Positions 19,905-29,480 are shown, counted from the first letter of the stretch. The stretch: 64,000 nucleotides of DNA from Desulfobacterales bacterium (GCA_963668645.2 CAXXWC010000021.1:480001-544000); one strand, 5' to 3'. Notes: generated from the sequence alone by a model not told the origin. Made by a program: numbers and translations.

Positions 19905-20199
19905 TTATCGGCGGGCGCAGCTTTCTATTGTCAGCCAATCGATACCGGTTTCTCTCCAGTAGATAAAACAGTGCAGCTTGAGTGAGTTCTGCCGGCAATA
20001 TGTGCTCTGGTTCAGCCCGCGTCGTTTCCATCGCTCAACGTGCTGTCGCCAAAACCGCCGCTTGACCTCCAGAGTCTCTGCCCGTTGCTTCCGTGTCACG
20101 ACGATGCCTCCTTGGCTGAAATGGTCTACCGCCTCTTGAGTCCATCTGTGACAAATTTTCAAGCCCTTGAGAAGATGCGGTTGCCCACCCGGACGCTTA
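19905..20199 (-). mobile_element. IS66-family remnant: terminal IR plus truncated tnpA
   Basis: Minus-strand GTAAGCGTCC IS66-type terminus at 20200-20191; GTG 20099 with AAGGAGG RBS encodes RRFWRQHVERW..GLNQSTYCRQNSL...FIYWR; no tnpB/tnpC. Confidence 0.75.
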
Positions 20200-22163
20200 C
20201 TTGGGTTTGGGATTTGTAGGCAAAAAACACCTCCGAAATTCGGCTCTCCACGAATTCGCACCTAATAAAAACAAGCGGTTAAAAAAAATTAAGCCGTTTT
20301 TTAAGCTCAAATGCTGTAGGCACACGAATTCGCGGTTTAGGCCTTGACATAAAATATTTCAAACGCTATGTGGGTAAGCATGTACCTACGAACCACAAAG
20401 CGCACCAATAAGGACGGCTCAACGGTCGAATACTTCCAACTCGCCCACAACGAGCGCGATCCCAAAACCCGTAAACCGGTCGCCAAAATCATCCACAACT
20501 TCGGGCGCACCGATCAACTCGATCGCGCTCAGCTCGTGCGCCTGTGCCGATCCATTGCACGGGTCTGCGGCCTGACCGTCACCGATCCGCTCGAAAACGA
20601 CCAAGCGGTCTCGGCACTGGCTGACAGCCTCAAAATTCAAGAAACTCTCGCTTTCGGCTGCCCGCTGGTTATCGAAACCCTCTGGGAACGGTTGGGGCTT
20701 CGAAAGACCCTGGCCAACATCGTCAAGTCCAAAGGGGTTCGCATCAACTACGAACGGGCCCTGTTGGCCATGACCGCCAACCGGCTCTGTGAGCCCGAAT
20801 CCAAGCTGGGCGTCTGGGATCGCTGGCTGTCCACGGTTTACCTGCCGTCATGCGACGGGCTGAAGCTCGATCACATGTACGAGGCCATGGATCTGCTCCA
20901 CGAACATGCCGCCGAGATCGAAAAAAGCGTCTTTTTCCATACCGCCAACCTGTTCAACCTCACCGTGGATCTGATCTTCTACGACACCACCACGGCCTCG
21001 TTCCATGTCGACCGGGAAGATGACGGCGACCGGCACGCCAACGCCACAATGCGCAAGTTCGGCCGCAACAAGGAAGGTACCTGGTCACCCCAAGTCGTCG
21101 TGGCCCTGGCCGTGACTCGCGAAGGCATCCTGGTGCGCAGTTGGGTGCTGCCGGGCAACACGGCCGATGTGGCCACCGTCGAAAAGATCCGCACCGACCT
21201 GCGGGGCTGGAACCTGGGTCGCGCCCTGTTTGTCGCCGACGCGGGCATGAATTCGCAGACCAACCGCGAAGAACTGGCCCGGGCTTGCGGCAAGTACCTT
21301 CTGGCCTGCCGGATGGCCAGCGTGGCCGAAATCAAACGCGATGTGCTGAGCAAACGCGGCCGCTACACTGTCATCCGAGACAACCTGCACGCAAAAGAAG
21401 TCATCGTTGGCGACGGCGAAAGGCGCAAGCGCTACATCCTGTGCTACAACCCCAAGGAAGCCAAACGCCAGCGGCTACACCGTGAAACGATCGTTCAGAT
21501 GCTCGAAACCGAACTCGATCGGCACCCGGACCCATCGGCCACGGCCCAGTGGGCGATCGAGCTGTTGGCCTCGGCGCGTTTCAAGCGGTATCTGCGCATC
21601 ACCAAGGGCAACCAGGTCCGAATCGACCGGGCGGCCATCAAGGCGGCGGCCAAGTACGATGGCAAATGGGTGGTGGAAACCAACGACGATACCATCAGCC
21701 TCGAAGACGCCGCCTGCGGATACAAAGGGCTGATGGTCATTGAGCGCTGCTTTCGCTCGCTCAAACGCACCCAGATCAAGATGATGCCGATGTACCACTG
21801 GGCCTCGCGGCGCATTGAGGCCCATGTGAAGATCTGTGTGCTGGCGCTGATGATCGAGCGGGTGGCCGAACTCGAATGCGGCCTGCCCTGGCACCGAATT
21901 CGCCGGTCGCTGGACAAGCTGCAAGTCACAAAACTTTTCAATTTAAATTACCGTGTGCTTATGCGCAACGAGATCCCCGTGAAAACTGCCAACATACTGA
22001 AAGCGCTTAAAATCAAATCTCCGCAGCAGGTCCTTTCACTGGAAAATCGGCCCTAAAAAGGGGCGAAAAATGTAGACACACGCTGAATTTCATTCATCGT
22101 CATAGATGCGCACCAGATAAGGGTTTGCGCCAATTCTGTGTTCCTACGTTTCCCAAACCCAAG
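20200..22163 (+). mobile_element. Complete IS1634-family insertion sequence
   Basis: Terminal IRs CTTGGGTTTGGGAtttGTAGG / CCTACgttTCCCAAACCCAAG; 5-bp target duplication GCTTA at 20195-20199 and 22164-22168. Confidence 0.88.
20380..22056 (+). CDS. IS1634-family DDE transposase
   Basis: MYLR N-terminus, IFYDTTT, FVADAGM, YKGLMVIERCFRSLK, RIEAHVKIC. Confidence 0.9.
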   Translation: MYLRTTKRTNKDGSTVEYFQLAHNERDPKTRKPVAKIIHNFGRTDQLDRAQLVRLCRSIARVCGLTVTDPLENDQAVSALADSLKIQETLAFGCPLVIETLWERLGLRKTLANIVKSKGVRINYERALLAMTANRLCEPESKLGVWDRWLSTVYLPSCDGLKLDHMYEAMDLLHEHAAEIEKSVFFHTANLFNLTVDLIFYDTTTASFHVDREDDGDRHANATMRKFGRNKEGTWSPQVVVALAVTREGILVRSWVLPGNTADVATVEKIRTDLRGWNLGRALFVADAGMNSQTNREELARACGKYLLACRMASVAEIKRDVLSKRGRYTVIRDNLHAKEVIVGDGERRKRYILCYNPKEAKRQRLHRETIVQMLETELDRHPDPSATAQWAIELLASARFKRYLRITKGNQVRIDRAAIKAAAKYDGKWVVETNDDTISLEDAACGYKGLMVIERCFRSLKRTQIKMMPMYHWASRRIEAHVKICVLALMIERVAELECGLPWHRIRRSLDKLQVTKLFNLNYRVLMRNEIPVKTANILKALKIKSPQQVLSLENRP

Positions 22164-22197
22164 GCTTACATTGACCTGGATGCCCCCTGAAAAAGGC

Positions 22198-22233
22198 AAA
22201 AACCCCACCGGTTTTAGAACCGGCGGGGTTTTT
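22198..22233. terminator. Bidirectional intrinsic terminator
   Basis: AAAAACCCCACCGGTT-TTAG-AACCGGCGGGGTTTTT, A/T tracts on both sides, at the 3' end of the polysaccharide locus. Confidence 0.75.
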
Positions 22234-22415
22234 GGGGGTTTTGGGGGCTATTTTGCCCGTTGAAATCTTGTCAGGCGCCGCGGTACGCAAACAAAACTGA
22301 AGGCCGGATGGCCGGGGCCGCCACCCGGCTTGGGAACGGACTCAGCCTTTCCACCTTCGGATTGATCGCGGTGAAAAACCGCTTCTCAAGGCTGGAGGGC
22401 ATGAATCCGGGGCCC

Positions 22416-23090
22416 TCACCGCACCGCACCGCTTTTTGCCAGCACCTGCCGTGTGAAGGTTTCCATCGCGGTGCCGGCCACGGACGATTCCAGCCGGCGC
22501 TTCGAGATACGCGATGCCAAAACGATCTGGCGTTTTATCAGACGTTCGAATTCACCGTCCCAATGGGCCCGGCACCTTCCGGCCATCCGGATGCGCCAGA
22601 ACACGAGGCTGTGCATGGCCGGGGCCGTATAGATCGACATGCGCAAAGCCGCCACCACGGCCGCCGAGGGTCCCCCGGCCAGCATCCGATACGTCGCCAG
22701 CCTGGCCCAGGCATGAGCCTCGGCCGGTTCGCGGGCCAGGGCAACACAAGTCTCCCACCGGCCTTGCGCGAAAACCTCCGCCCGCCGCGGCTTGTCCAGT
22801 GTCCCCATCTGAAGGGCATACTGGGCCGCCAGTCCAGGCAGGTGGACATGCGATCCAGGCAGCCAGCTCGCCTCCAGCCCCCGGATCCGCTCCCAGACCT
22901 GGATCGGCGTTTCCGGGGCCATCGGCTCCTGCCGGAACACCCGGCGTTCGAACATCACCCCTGGCCAGGCACGCTGGGCCGTTGCCAGCCAGACGAGGGC
23001 TGACCCCAGGCCGGCCAGAAAAAAAGCGCCCAGGATCAACAGTTCAAGACGGCCCGCCAGGCGAGAATGGTTGAACGCAGGCAAGGGCAT
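22416..23090 (-). CDS. Hypothetical membrane-anchored protein, last gene of polysaccharide locus
   Basis: 224-aa ORF with N-terminal TM segment, helical/TPR-like; start overlaps the phosphatase stop. Confidence 0.6.
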   Translation of the reverse strand: MPLPAFNHSRLAGRLELLILGAFFLAGLGSALVWLATAQRAWPGVMFERRVFRQEPMAPETPIQVWERIRGLEASWLPGSHVHLPGLAAQYALQMGTLDKPRRAEVFAQGRWETCVALAREPAEAHAWARLATYRMLAGGPSAAVVAALRMSIYTAPAMHSLVFWRIRMAGRCRAHWDGEFERLIKRQIVLASRISKRRLESSVAGTAMETFTRQVLAKSGAVR

Positions 23091-23860
23091 CAGGTCCCGG
23101 CCTCCGTGGAGAGGAACTCGACCTGGCCGTCTTGCAGCACCGCGCAGGTCAGGATCCCGGTGGCGTAAGCGCCGGTGTCCACCCCGATGCTATTTTCCGA
23201 CACCCGGGGCTGTTCGCGGATAGTGTGGCCGTGCACAATGCGATAGCCGTGCCCGTTGCCACCGGTTCCGCCGCCGCTCCGCGTCCAGAACAGATCCTCG
23301 CCGGTCTGTGCTTCCAGTGGTACGTCGGGCCGGATGCCGGCGTGCACGAACAGGTAGTCGCCCAGCTTGAGGAACGGTTTGAGGTTGTTCAAAAATTCGA
23401 GGTGGCGGGACGGGACTGCCGCCTGCAGCGCGTCGCGCACCTGAACGGCCCGCTGTACGGAAAAACCGGAACCCGGGGCCCGCACCCCATAGCTCATCAG
23501 GGTCGACTGCCCCCCCAGGCCCAGCCAAGGCTCCAGCAGGGCGGGGTCCTCGAGAAATTTGAGGAAAAGCTGTTCGTGGTTACCCATCAGGCAGCAGTGT
23601 TCCAGGCTGTTCGAGGCGACGATCAGGGCCTCCACGGTCTCTTTGACATAGGGCCCGCGGTCCAGATAGTCGCCCAAATAGACCACCTGGTGACACACCC
23701 CGCCGTGTTCACTTGCATCCCGATAGATAAGCCGTTGCAGCCGGCCGAGCAGATCCACCCGCCCGTGGATGTCGCCCACCGCATACACCCGCCGTCCCGG
23801 CGGCAGTTGATAGCCATTGCGGGTGGTTTTGCGAAAATATCTGAAAATATGTTCAAGCAT
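23090..23860 (-). CDS. Metallophosphoesterase (PPP-family Ser/Thr protein phosphatase-like)
   Basis: GDIHG, GDYLDRG, GNHE, HAG, HGHT, DTGA motifs. Confidence 0.9.
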   Translation of the reverse strand: MLEHIFRYFRKTTRNGYQLPPGRRVYAVGDIHGRVDLLGRLQRLIYRDASEHGGVCHQVVYLGDYLDRGPYVKETVEALIVASNSLEHCCLMGNHEQLFLKFLEDPALLEPWLGLGGQSTLMSYGVRAPGSGFSVQRAVQVRDALQAAVPSRHLEFLNNLKPFLKLGDYLFVHAGIRPDVPLEAQTGEDLFWTRSGGGTGGNGHGYRIVHGHTIREQPRVSENSIGVDTGAYATGILTCAVLQDGQVEFLSTEAGT

Positions 23861-23921
23861 GGGGAAAAAGTAAACGCCAAGCGCAAGGTGTCAAATTTCA
23901 AAAGAGAGCAATAGGCCCAAA

Positions 23922-23957
23922 TGTCATATTGACAATTTGTCGAGTGGCCTGTATTTT
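23922..23957 (+). promoter_or_regulatory. Sigma70-type promoter of the TA pair with overlapping inverted repeats
   Basis: TTGACA 23929-23934, 17 bp, TATTTT 23952-23957; TGTCA-tat-TGACA and GACAA-t-TTGTC palindromes over the -35. Confidence 0.55.
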
Positions 23958-23994
23958 AAAATCTCATGTGGCCCTACCTGATAAGGAGATCGCT

Positions 23995-24258
23995 ATGCTG
24001 GTGACCATTGACAAAAGAGGAAGCATCAATTTGCCGGCTTCGCTCAGAAAAGATCTAGGCTTCGGCCCTGGTACCCATCTGGAACTCACGGTGGAAAACG
24101 GCGGTGCGATCGTCCTGTTTCCCGTCGAAATCTACCGCACGGTCAGGCTCACGGATGCCGGTCTGGCAAAGCTGAATGGGGCTAGGGCGTCGGGAAAAGC
24201 TCCCTTGCCGGAATGGTTTCAAGCGGAGCTCGACAATGCCCGAACTGATACCGAATGA
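23995..24258 (+). CDS. AbrB/MazE/SpoVT-family antitoxin
   Basis: VTIDKRGSINLPASLRKDLGFGPGTHL; AAGGAG RBS. Confidence 0.82.
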   Translation: MLVTIDKRGSINLPASLRKDLGFGPGTHLELTVENGGAIVLFPVEIYRTVRLTDAGLAKLNGARASGKAPLPEWFQAELDNARTDTE

Positions 24259-24538
24259 AAAATTCGTCGCCGACCTGTCGAAATTCAAAAAGGATTCTGC
24301 GCTGATCAAGAAAATCGCCAAGTCGTTGGTCTTCTTAGAGGCCAACCCCCATCATCCCGGCTTGCACATCGAGCGCATCGCCAATGATCCCACCGCTTGG
24401 TCCGCTCGCATCGACAAACGCTACAGACTATCGTTCGAGCCCACGGCATCCCTGGAAAACGGCGCCCCAGACTGGAGCCGGCCGTTGAGGCTGTTGCGTG
24501 TTCTCGATCACGACGACCTCTATAAAAGCCCGCATTAA
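24236..24538 (+). CDS. RelE/ParE-superfamily toxin (putative)
   Basis: 100 aa, overlaps antitoxin; NPHHPGLHIERI..WSARIDKRYRLSF..DHDDLY. Confidence 0.7.
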   Translation: MPELIPNEKFVADLSKFKKDSALIKKIAKSLVFLEANPHHPGLHIERIANDPTAWSARIDKRYRLSFEPTASLENGAPDWSRPLRLLRVLDHDDLYKSPH

Positions 24539-24590
24539 TTTTAAAGTTTATTTTGAATTTCTGTCATTTGAATCTTAGGGTTTGTTCCGG

Positions 24591-24643
24591 ATTTCGAATT
24601 TCGTGCTTCGAATTTCGAATTTTCCGTCCTCTGTCCTCCGTCT
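24591..24643. repeat. Heptamer tandem repeats (ATTTCGA-type x4, TCCGTCC-type x3)
   Basis: atttcga atttcgt gcttcga atttcga, then tccgtcc tctgtcc tccgtct. Confidence 0.7.
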
Positions 24644-24650
24644 TCCATTC

Positions 24651-26942
24651 TCAATCCTTATAGTACTTATGATACTTCCCGTAGTAGTACCCATACCCAC
24701 CGTATCCGTAGCGGGCCTGCTGGCGCACGTTGACCATCGACAGGACGATCCCGTTGACGTCGATCTCCAGCTGCCGCATCTGGCGCAGGGCGGCCTTGAC
24801 GGTCTCACGGGGGGTCTCGGCCCAGCGCACCAGAAAGACCACCGCATCCATATGGCGAGCCAGCCCCCAGGCATCCGAGACGCCCATGAAGGGGGGCGTG
24901 TCGAGAATGATCAGATCGAAAACCTCTTTCAGTTTTTCCAGAATCTCGTGCATGCGCCGGGAGCCGAGCAGGTCACGCGCTGCCGAGGCATTGCCGTGGG
25001 CCATGAGCAGACAAAGGCCGCTTTGGGGGTCCTTGACGATGGCATCTTCGAGCTTGGCCTGGCCCTGGAGCACGTCTTCGAGCCTGGCCTGGGGTTTAAG
25101 ATCGGCAAAACGCTCGTGATGCACCGGGCGCCGGATGTCGGCGTCGATCACCAGGGTTTTGCCTCCTGCAGCGGCGGCCATACGCCCGGCCGACAGGCTG
25201 AACATCGATTTGCCCTCCTGCGGCAGGGATGATGTCACCATGATCGTCTTGGGCGGCCGGTCCACGTTGGAAAGCTGCAAAGCGGTCAGAAAAGCCCGCA
25301 GGGCCTCGGCCATCGACGAGTACGGTTTTTGGGCCACATAGGCCAGCGGCGTGCCCTGCCGGCGTCCCAGCAGAGGAAAGCTGCCCAGGATCGGCAGTCC
25401 GGTTTCGTGTTCAACCTGATCGCCGGTGCGGAACCCCCGGTCCAGGGTTTCGATCAGAAATGCCCCCATGACTCCCAGCACGAGCCCCACGGCCACCGCC
25501 AGCATTAGGGTCCGACCGGTTTTGGGAAAGGAGGGCCTCTTGGGTACCTCGGCTGCCGAGATGATCCGGGCATTGGGCCGCTGCAGGTCGTCCTTTTCAC
25601 GGATTTCCTGGAAGCGGGCCAGGTAGTTTTCGTACAAGGTTCTGGACGATTCGGCCTGGCGTTCGAGTTCGCGCATCTTAAGTTCGGCCTCCATGGCCTG
25701 GCCGGCCTCGGAGCGTAGCCGGTTCAGCGAAGCGGCCAGGGCCGTTTCCTCGGCCTGGGCCAGTCGCACCTCGTTTTCGATGGATTTGATGATGCGATTG
25801 GTCTCTTCCTTGATCTTGGCCTGCAAGTCGGCCGTCTCGGCGTCGATCTGGATCATCTGGGGGTGACGGGGGCCGTAGCGCTGGCCGAGTTCGACCTTCC
25901 TGCGGCGCAGCGTGCTTTCATCGGCGCGCAGCCGCCGGATGGGATCCGAATCGAGGACTTCGCCGAGGGTTTCCAAACCTCCGGGGCTTTCCATGATCTG
26001 CCGGGCCTGGGTCAGCCGGGTTTCGGCGGCGGATTTTTTTATCCGGGCCTGGATGAGCTGAGCGTTAACGTCGCCGATCTGCTGTTCGAGCAGGGTCCCG
26101 CCCCGGGCCTGAATCATCCCGCTTTGCTGGCGCACGTTTTTGACGGCCTCTTCGGCAGTCTGGACCTCCTGGCGCAGCCCCTCCAGGCGGTGGGTCAACC
26201 ATTGGTTGGCCCGCCGGGTGGCTTCGAACTTGGCCTCCAACTGGTCGTTGATGTACATCTCGGCCACGGTGTTGGCCACCGTTGCAGCGATACGCGGATC
26301 CGCAGATGTGTAAGTGATGGTGATGGTATGCGAGGCACGACGGTTTTCCACCTCCAGGTGCGCTGCCAGCCGGTCGACGATGGCGCGCTTGAGTTGCCGG
26401 ACCGCCGGTTGCGGGTCGGTCTGTTCGGCGCTCTCCGGCGTCGGTTCGGGCAGACCGCCGGCGGTCACGTAGCCGGCCGCCTGGGACCAGAGCCCTGCGG
26501 CCCAATTCTTAAGCTCGCCAAACAGACTCGGCTCTTGCTTCGGTCGCAGGGCCGGATTGAATTCCGCAGACCGGTCCAGTCGCAGACGGTCTGCCACCCT
26601 TTCGAGCAGCGCCACGGAACGGATGATGTCCACCTCGGTGCCGATCACGGCAGGATTCATGGCACCGCCGGTGAAGAACTCCTCCAGGTTCAGCAGCGAT
26701 GATTTGCGAAACTCGAGCACCATCAGCGCCTTACCGGTGTAACGGGGAACAGCCTGGGACAGGTGAAGCCAGGCGGCCACCATGACGAAAAGGAAAATGC
26801 CGGCAATCACCATCCGGCGACGATAGAGCTTTGAAAAAAGTTCCCGCAGATCCAGGGCTTCTTCGTCCCCCTCAGGGGGGGGAAACGACTGAAACTGCGG
26901 CTTATCGGCAATATGCGCTGAAGACACATTCTTGTCTTGCAT
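24651..26942 (-). CDS. wzc: Polysaccharide co-polymerase / BY tyrosine kinase (Wzc/GumC)
   Basis: Two TM helices flanking a coiled-coil periplasmic region, Walker A SSLPQEGKS, DADIRRP, DTPP, Tyr-rich tail YGYGGYGYYYGKYHKYY. Confidence 0.93.
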   Translation of the reverse strand: MQDKNVSSAHIADKPQFQSFPPPEGDEEALDLRELFSKLYRRRMVIAGIFLFVMVAAWLHLSQAVPRYTGKALMVLEFRKSSLLNLEEFFTGGAMNPAVIGTEVDIIRSVALLERVADRLRLDRSAEFNPALRPKQEPSLFGELKNWAAGLWSQAAGYVTAGGLPEPTPESAEQTDPQPAVRQLKRAIVDRLAAHLEVENRRASHTITITYTSADPRIAATVANTVAEMYINDQLEAKFEATRRANQWLTHRLEGLRQEVQTAEEAVKNVRQQSGMIQARGGTLLEQQIGDVNAQLIQARIKKSAAETRLTQARQIMESPGGLETLGEVLDSDPIRRLRADESTLRRRKVELGQRYGPRHPQMIQIDAETADLQAKIKEETNRIIKSIENEVRLAQAEETALAASLNRLRSEAGQAMEAELKMRELERQAESSRTLYENYLARFQEIREKDDLQRPNARIISAAEVPKRPSFPKTGRTLMLAVAVGLVLGVMGAFLIETLDRGFRTGDQVEHETGLPILGSFPLLGRRQGTPLAYVAQKPYSSMAEALRAFLTALQLSNVDRPPKTIMVTSSLPQEGKSMFSLSAGRMAAAAGGKTLVIDADIRRPVHHERFADLKPQARLEDVLQGQAKLEDAIVKDPQSGLCLLMAHGNASAARDLLGSRRMHEILEKLKEVFDLIILDTPPFMGVSDAWGLARHMDAVVFLVRWAETPRETVKAALRQMRQLEIDVNGIVLSMVNVRQQARYGYGGYGYYYGKYHKYYKD

Positions 26943-26994
26943 GGATAGTAATCTACCACCGTTTGGAGGTTGCAGGTAAAGGAGGGGCTCGAAA

Positions 26995-27555
26995 TCAGAA
27001 AAATCGCTCGGGGATGGTGATTACGTCTCCGGGCAGGATCAGGGTGGAATGATCGGCCGTATCGATCACGGCGCCGGATCCGCCGCGGGCGATCTCGGCC
27101 CGGTTCTGCCGCGCCCGGTAAGTGTATCCACCGGCCATGGCTACGGCATTGTGCAGGGTGATGCCGCTGACGTATTCGTACTGGCCGGGACTCTTGACCT
27201 CTCCGAGGATGTAAAAGGGCCGGTAGTTGAGTACTTCAAGACTGATGCGCGGATCCACCAGGTAGCCGTCGTGGAGCTTGGCCACCAGGTTCTGCTCCAA
27301 TTGGCGCAGGGTCAGCCCCCGGACCGGCACCTCTCCGATGAGCGGAAAGGAGATATATCCGGATCCATCTACCTGAAACTCCCCGGAAAGGTCATCTTCA
27401 TTGAAAACCGTGATCTTCAGCCGGTCCCCGGAGCCGAGGGTGTAGAGGGTTTCCAGGGCCTGGACGGAATGGTCTTTTTCCTGGGCTACAGCCGGACAAG
27501 CTTCCAGAAAAACCAGCAGCGCCGCGCTGACCCAAATATACAAGGCATAACGCAT
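26995..27555 (-). CDS. wza: Polysaccharide export protein (Wza/GumB, short form)
   Basis: YTLGSGDRLKITVFNE, GYISFPLIG, YILGEVKSPGQY, AVAMAGG, LPGDVITIPERFF. Confidence 0.9.
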   Translation of the reverse strand: MRYALYIWVSAALLVFLEACPAVAQEKDHSVQALETLYTLGSGDRLKITVFNEDDLSGEFQVDGSGYISFPLIGEVPVRGLTLRQLEQNLVAKLHDGYLVDPRISLEVLNYRPFYILGEVKSPGQYEYVSGITLHNAVAMAGGYTYRARQNRAEIARGGSGAVIDTADHSTLILPGDVITIPERFF

Positions 27556-27612
27556 GTCGGTTTAAATCATCCTTTGGGTTTGATTCGAATTTGCTGTTTC
27601 CGTCTTGCTGTT

Positions 27613-27644
27613 CTCCGCGTCCCCGCGTCTCCGCGTCTCCGCGC
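27613..27644. repeat. Octamer tandem repeat CTCCGCGT x4 (imperfect)
   Basis: ctccgcgt ccccgcgt ctccgcgt ctccgcgc, intergenic. Confidence 0.75.
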
Positions 27645-27688
27645 GAGGCCCCGAGTCGCAGTTGAAAACAGCTCCCACCCCGCTGTTC

Positions 27689-28891
27689 TCAAAACGCCCC
27701 TGTGACCGAAAAACCAAAGACGTTCTCATCGTATTCGCGATTCGAGCGGTTGCTGTCTTTGCTCCGGTAGCGGTATTCGACCCTGGCACTGAGATTGCGG
27801 TTCCACAGGTACGTGACACTGGGCCCCAAAGCGGTGTAGCTGTCGGTGATATCCTGGCCATCATAATCATCGCGCTCGTAGTCGATAAAGGCGCCCACCC
27901 GCAGGTTGGGCAGCAGTTCGTGATCGATGCTCATCCCAGCCTCGTCTGCATCGATGCCCGATGCCCCGGCCAGGGTGGTTTCCTTGATCGAACTTTGGGC
28001 GCTGGCTTCGACCGTGGTCAACCGCGTCGGTTTCCACGACAGGGACATTCCGTACCAAAATCCTGAGGTATCGTCAAATTGATCGTATTCCTGGCACATG
28101 TACCCGCCGAAGATCTCCCCCGAGGTCACCTCGCTGATGCGAAAGCCGGTGCCCAGAGCAATGCGGTAGCCTTCGGAATCGCGCCGGGCCTCGCTACGGT
28201 CGTAACGCCGCCATTCATAGTGGGTGGCTACAAAGGGCTGGACCTCGGGCAGCAGTTCATAAGCCACGCGGGCGTTGATATCATACAGATTGCGGTCGCG
28301 GATATCCAGGTTCTGGGCCCCCCCCCCGCGAAGATCCACGCTGGTGTAATTCAGGTTCTGGAAATTGACCCCGGCTTTGACCGACAAACGATTCAATCCC
28401 TGGTAGTATTCCAGCCCCGTCGTACTGCGGTAGTAAACCGCCGGTTCGTCCCAGGCCGCCACCACGTCAGGGGCGCCACGCTCTTCGTGCAGCCGTTCGA
28501 ACCCGGCACTGGCCCTTAGGTAGGATTCGCGGAGAACGTCGATGCGGCCGTCCGCCAAAACATGGGCGTCGATGTAGTCCTCGCCGCTGTTATCGCCATA
28601 AAACCCCGCAGTCAGCCCGGTGTTCAGGTGCAATTCATGCCGTGACCAGTCGGACTTGACATCCACCGCCGGTGTAATGGTGGTGATCCAGTCGGACTCT
28701 TCGTTGTTTTCCGTAGCGTAAATGTTGTCGTTATACACGGCTCCCAGCGTCAGGGAAGGGCGAACGGTAAAGGCCCCGGCCCGAATTCCCAGCGGCTCGT
28801 AAAGCGGATCCGCCCATGCCGGGCCGCCCATCGCCAGCACGCAAAGCGCCGCGCATAATATCCATCGCCCGATTGTCGTCGAAATTTTCAT
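27689..28891 (-). CDS. Outer-membrane beta-barrel protein, polysaccharide-export associated
   Basis: Signal peptide, GIRAGAFTVRPSL..YNDNIYAT, alternating beta-strand pattern, C-terminal Phe; adjacent to short Wza. Confidence 0.82.
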   Translation of the reverse strand: MKISTTIGRWILCAALCVLAMGGPAWADPLYEPLGIRAGAFTVRPSLTLGAVYNDNIYATENNEESDWITTITPAVDVKSDWSRHELHLNTGLTAGFYGDNSGEDYIDAHVLADGRIDVLRESYLRASAGFERLHEERGAPDVVAAWDEPAVYYRSTTGLEYYQGLNRLSVKAGVNFQNLNYTSVDLRGGGAQNLDIRDRNLYDINARVAYELLPEVQPFVATHYEWRRYDRSEARRDSEGYRIALGTGFRISEVTSGEIFGGYMCQEYDQFDDTSGFWYGMSLSWKPTRLTTVEASAQSSIKETTLAGASGIDADEAGMSIDHELLPNLRVGAFIDYERDDYDGQDITDSYTALGPSVTYLWNRNLSARVEYRYRSKDSNRSNREYDENVFGFSVTGAF

Positions 28892-28967
28892 CTTGTGTCT
28901 CTCCCCATTCTGGTTTGAAAACTTGAATCGGCTCCGGCTGTCGCAACAGTTCCGGAGCTAAAATATT

Positions 28968-29480
28968 TCAGGGTTTCCTCGGACTGAGAGGTGCATCATC
29001 CCTGCTCTTGGTAGGAGACCATTCGGTTTGGGCCGATCCGGTGGCCGTGTTGCCGATTTCGCTGTTGGTCGCTTGAGCGTAAGCCTTCTGAGCGGCCCTT
29101 TCGATGCTTTGATGCCGTTCTGGGGGGGTTACGGCTTTGGCCGCGTCAACGATGGCATCCCTGGCGTCCGGCAGAACCCTGACCGCGGCATAGACGATGA
29201 CCTCGGCCTTGGCCGGAATCGTGCGGCAAAAGTAGGAAACGATGGAAGCCGCAGCATCCGGTCGAGCCAATACAGCCTGGGAGACGACGTCATCGAGCTG
29301 GTCGTCGGTCGCTTCGGTCAGGGAACCGCCTGGTGGCAGAAACCGGGCCACCAAGGCTGCGATCTGAACGTCGCTCAAGGTGGTTTCCTGGGCTTGAACC
29401 GGCATGCTAAGGAAAATGCCGGACACGACCACCAGGGCCACCCAGACAATGGGCCGAAATTTGGTAAAATAATAGCGCAT
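28968..29480 (-). CDS. Hypothetical secreted protein
   Basis: GGAGG RBS, Sec signal peptide ending VQA-QE, Ala-rich helical body, Ser/Thr-rich tail. Confidence 0.7.
   Translation of the reverse strand: MRYYFTKFRPIVWVALVVVSGIFLSMPVQAQETTLSDVQIAALVARFLPPGGSLTEATDDQLDDVVSQAVLARPDAAASIVSYFCRTIPAKAEVIVYAAVRVLPDARDAIVDAAKAVTPPERHQSIERAAQKAYAQATNSEIGNTATGSAQTEWSPTKSRDDAPLSPRKP

Noticed and set aside
22271..22402. 43-codon minus-strand ORF (MPSSLEKRFF...) before the terminator
   Set aside because: Short, no motif, weak RBS
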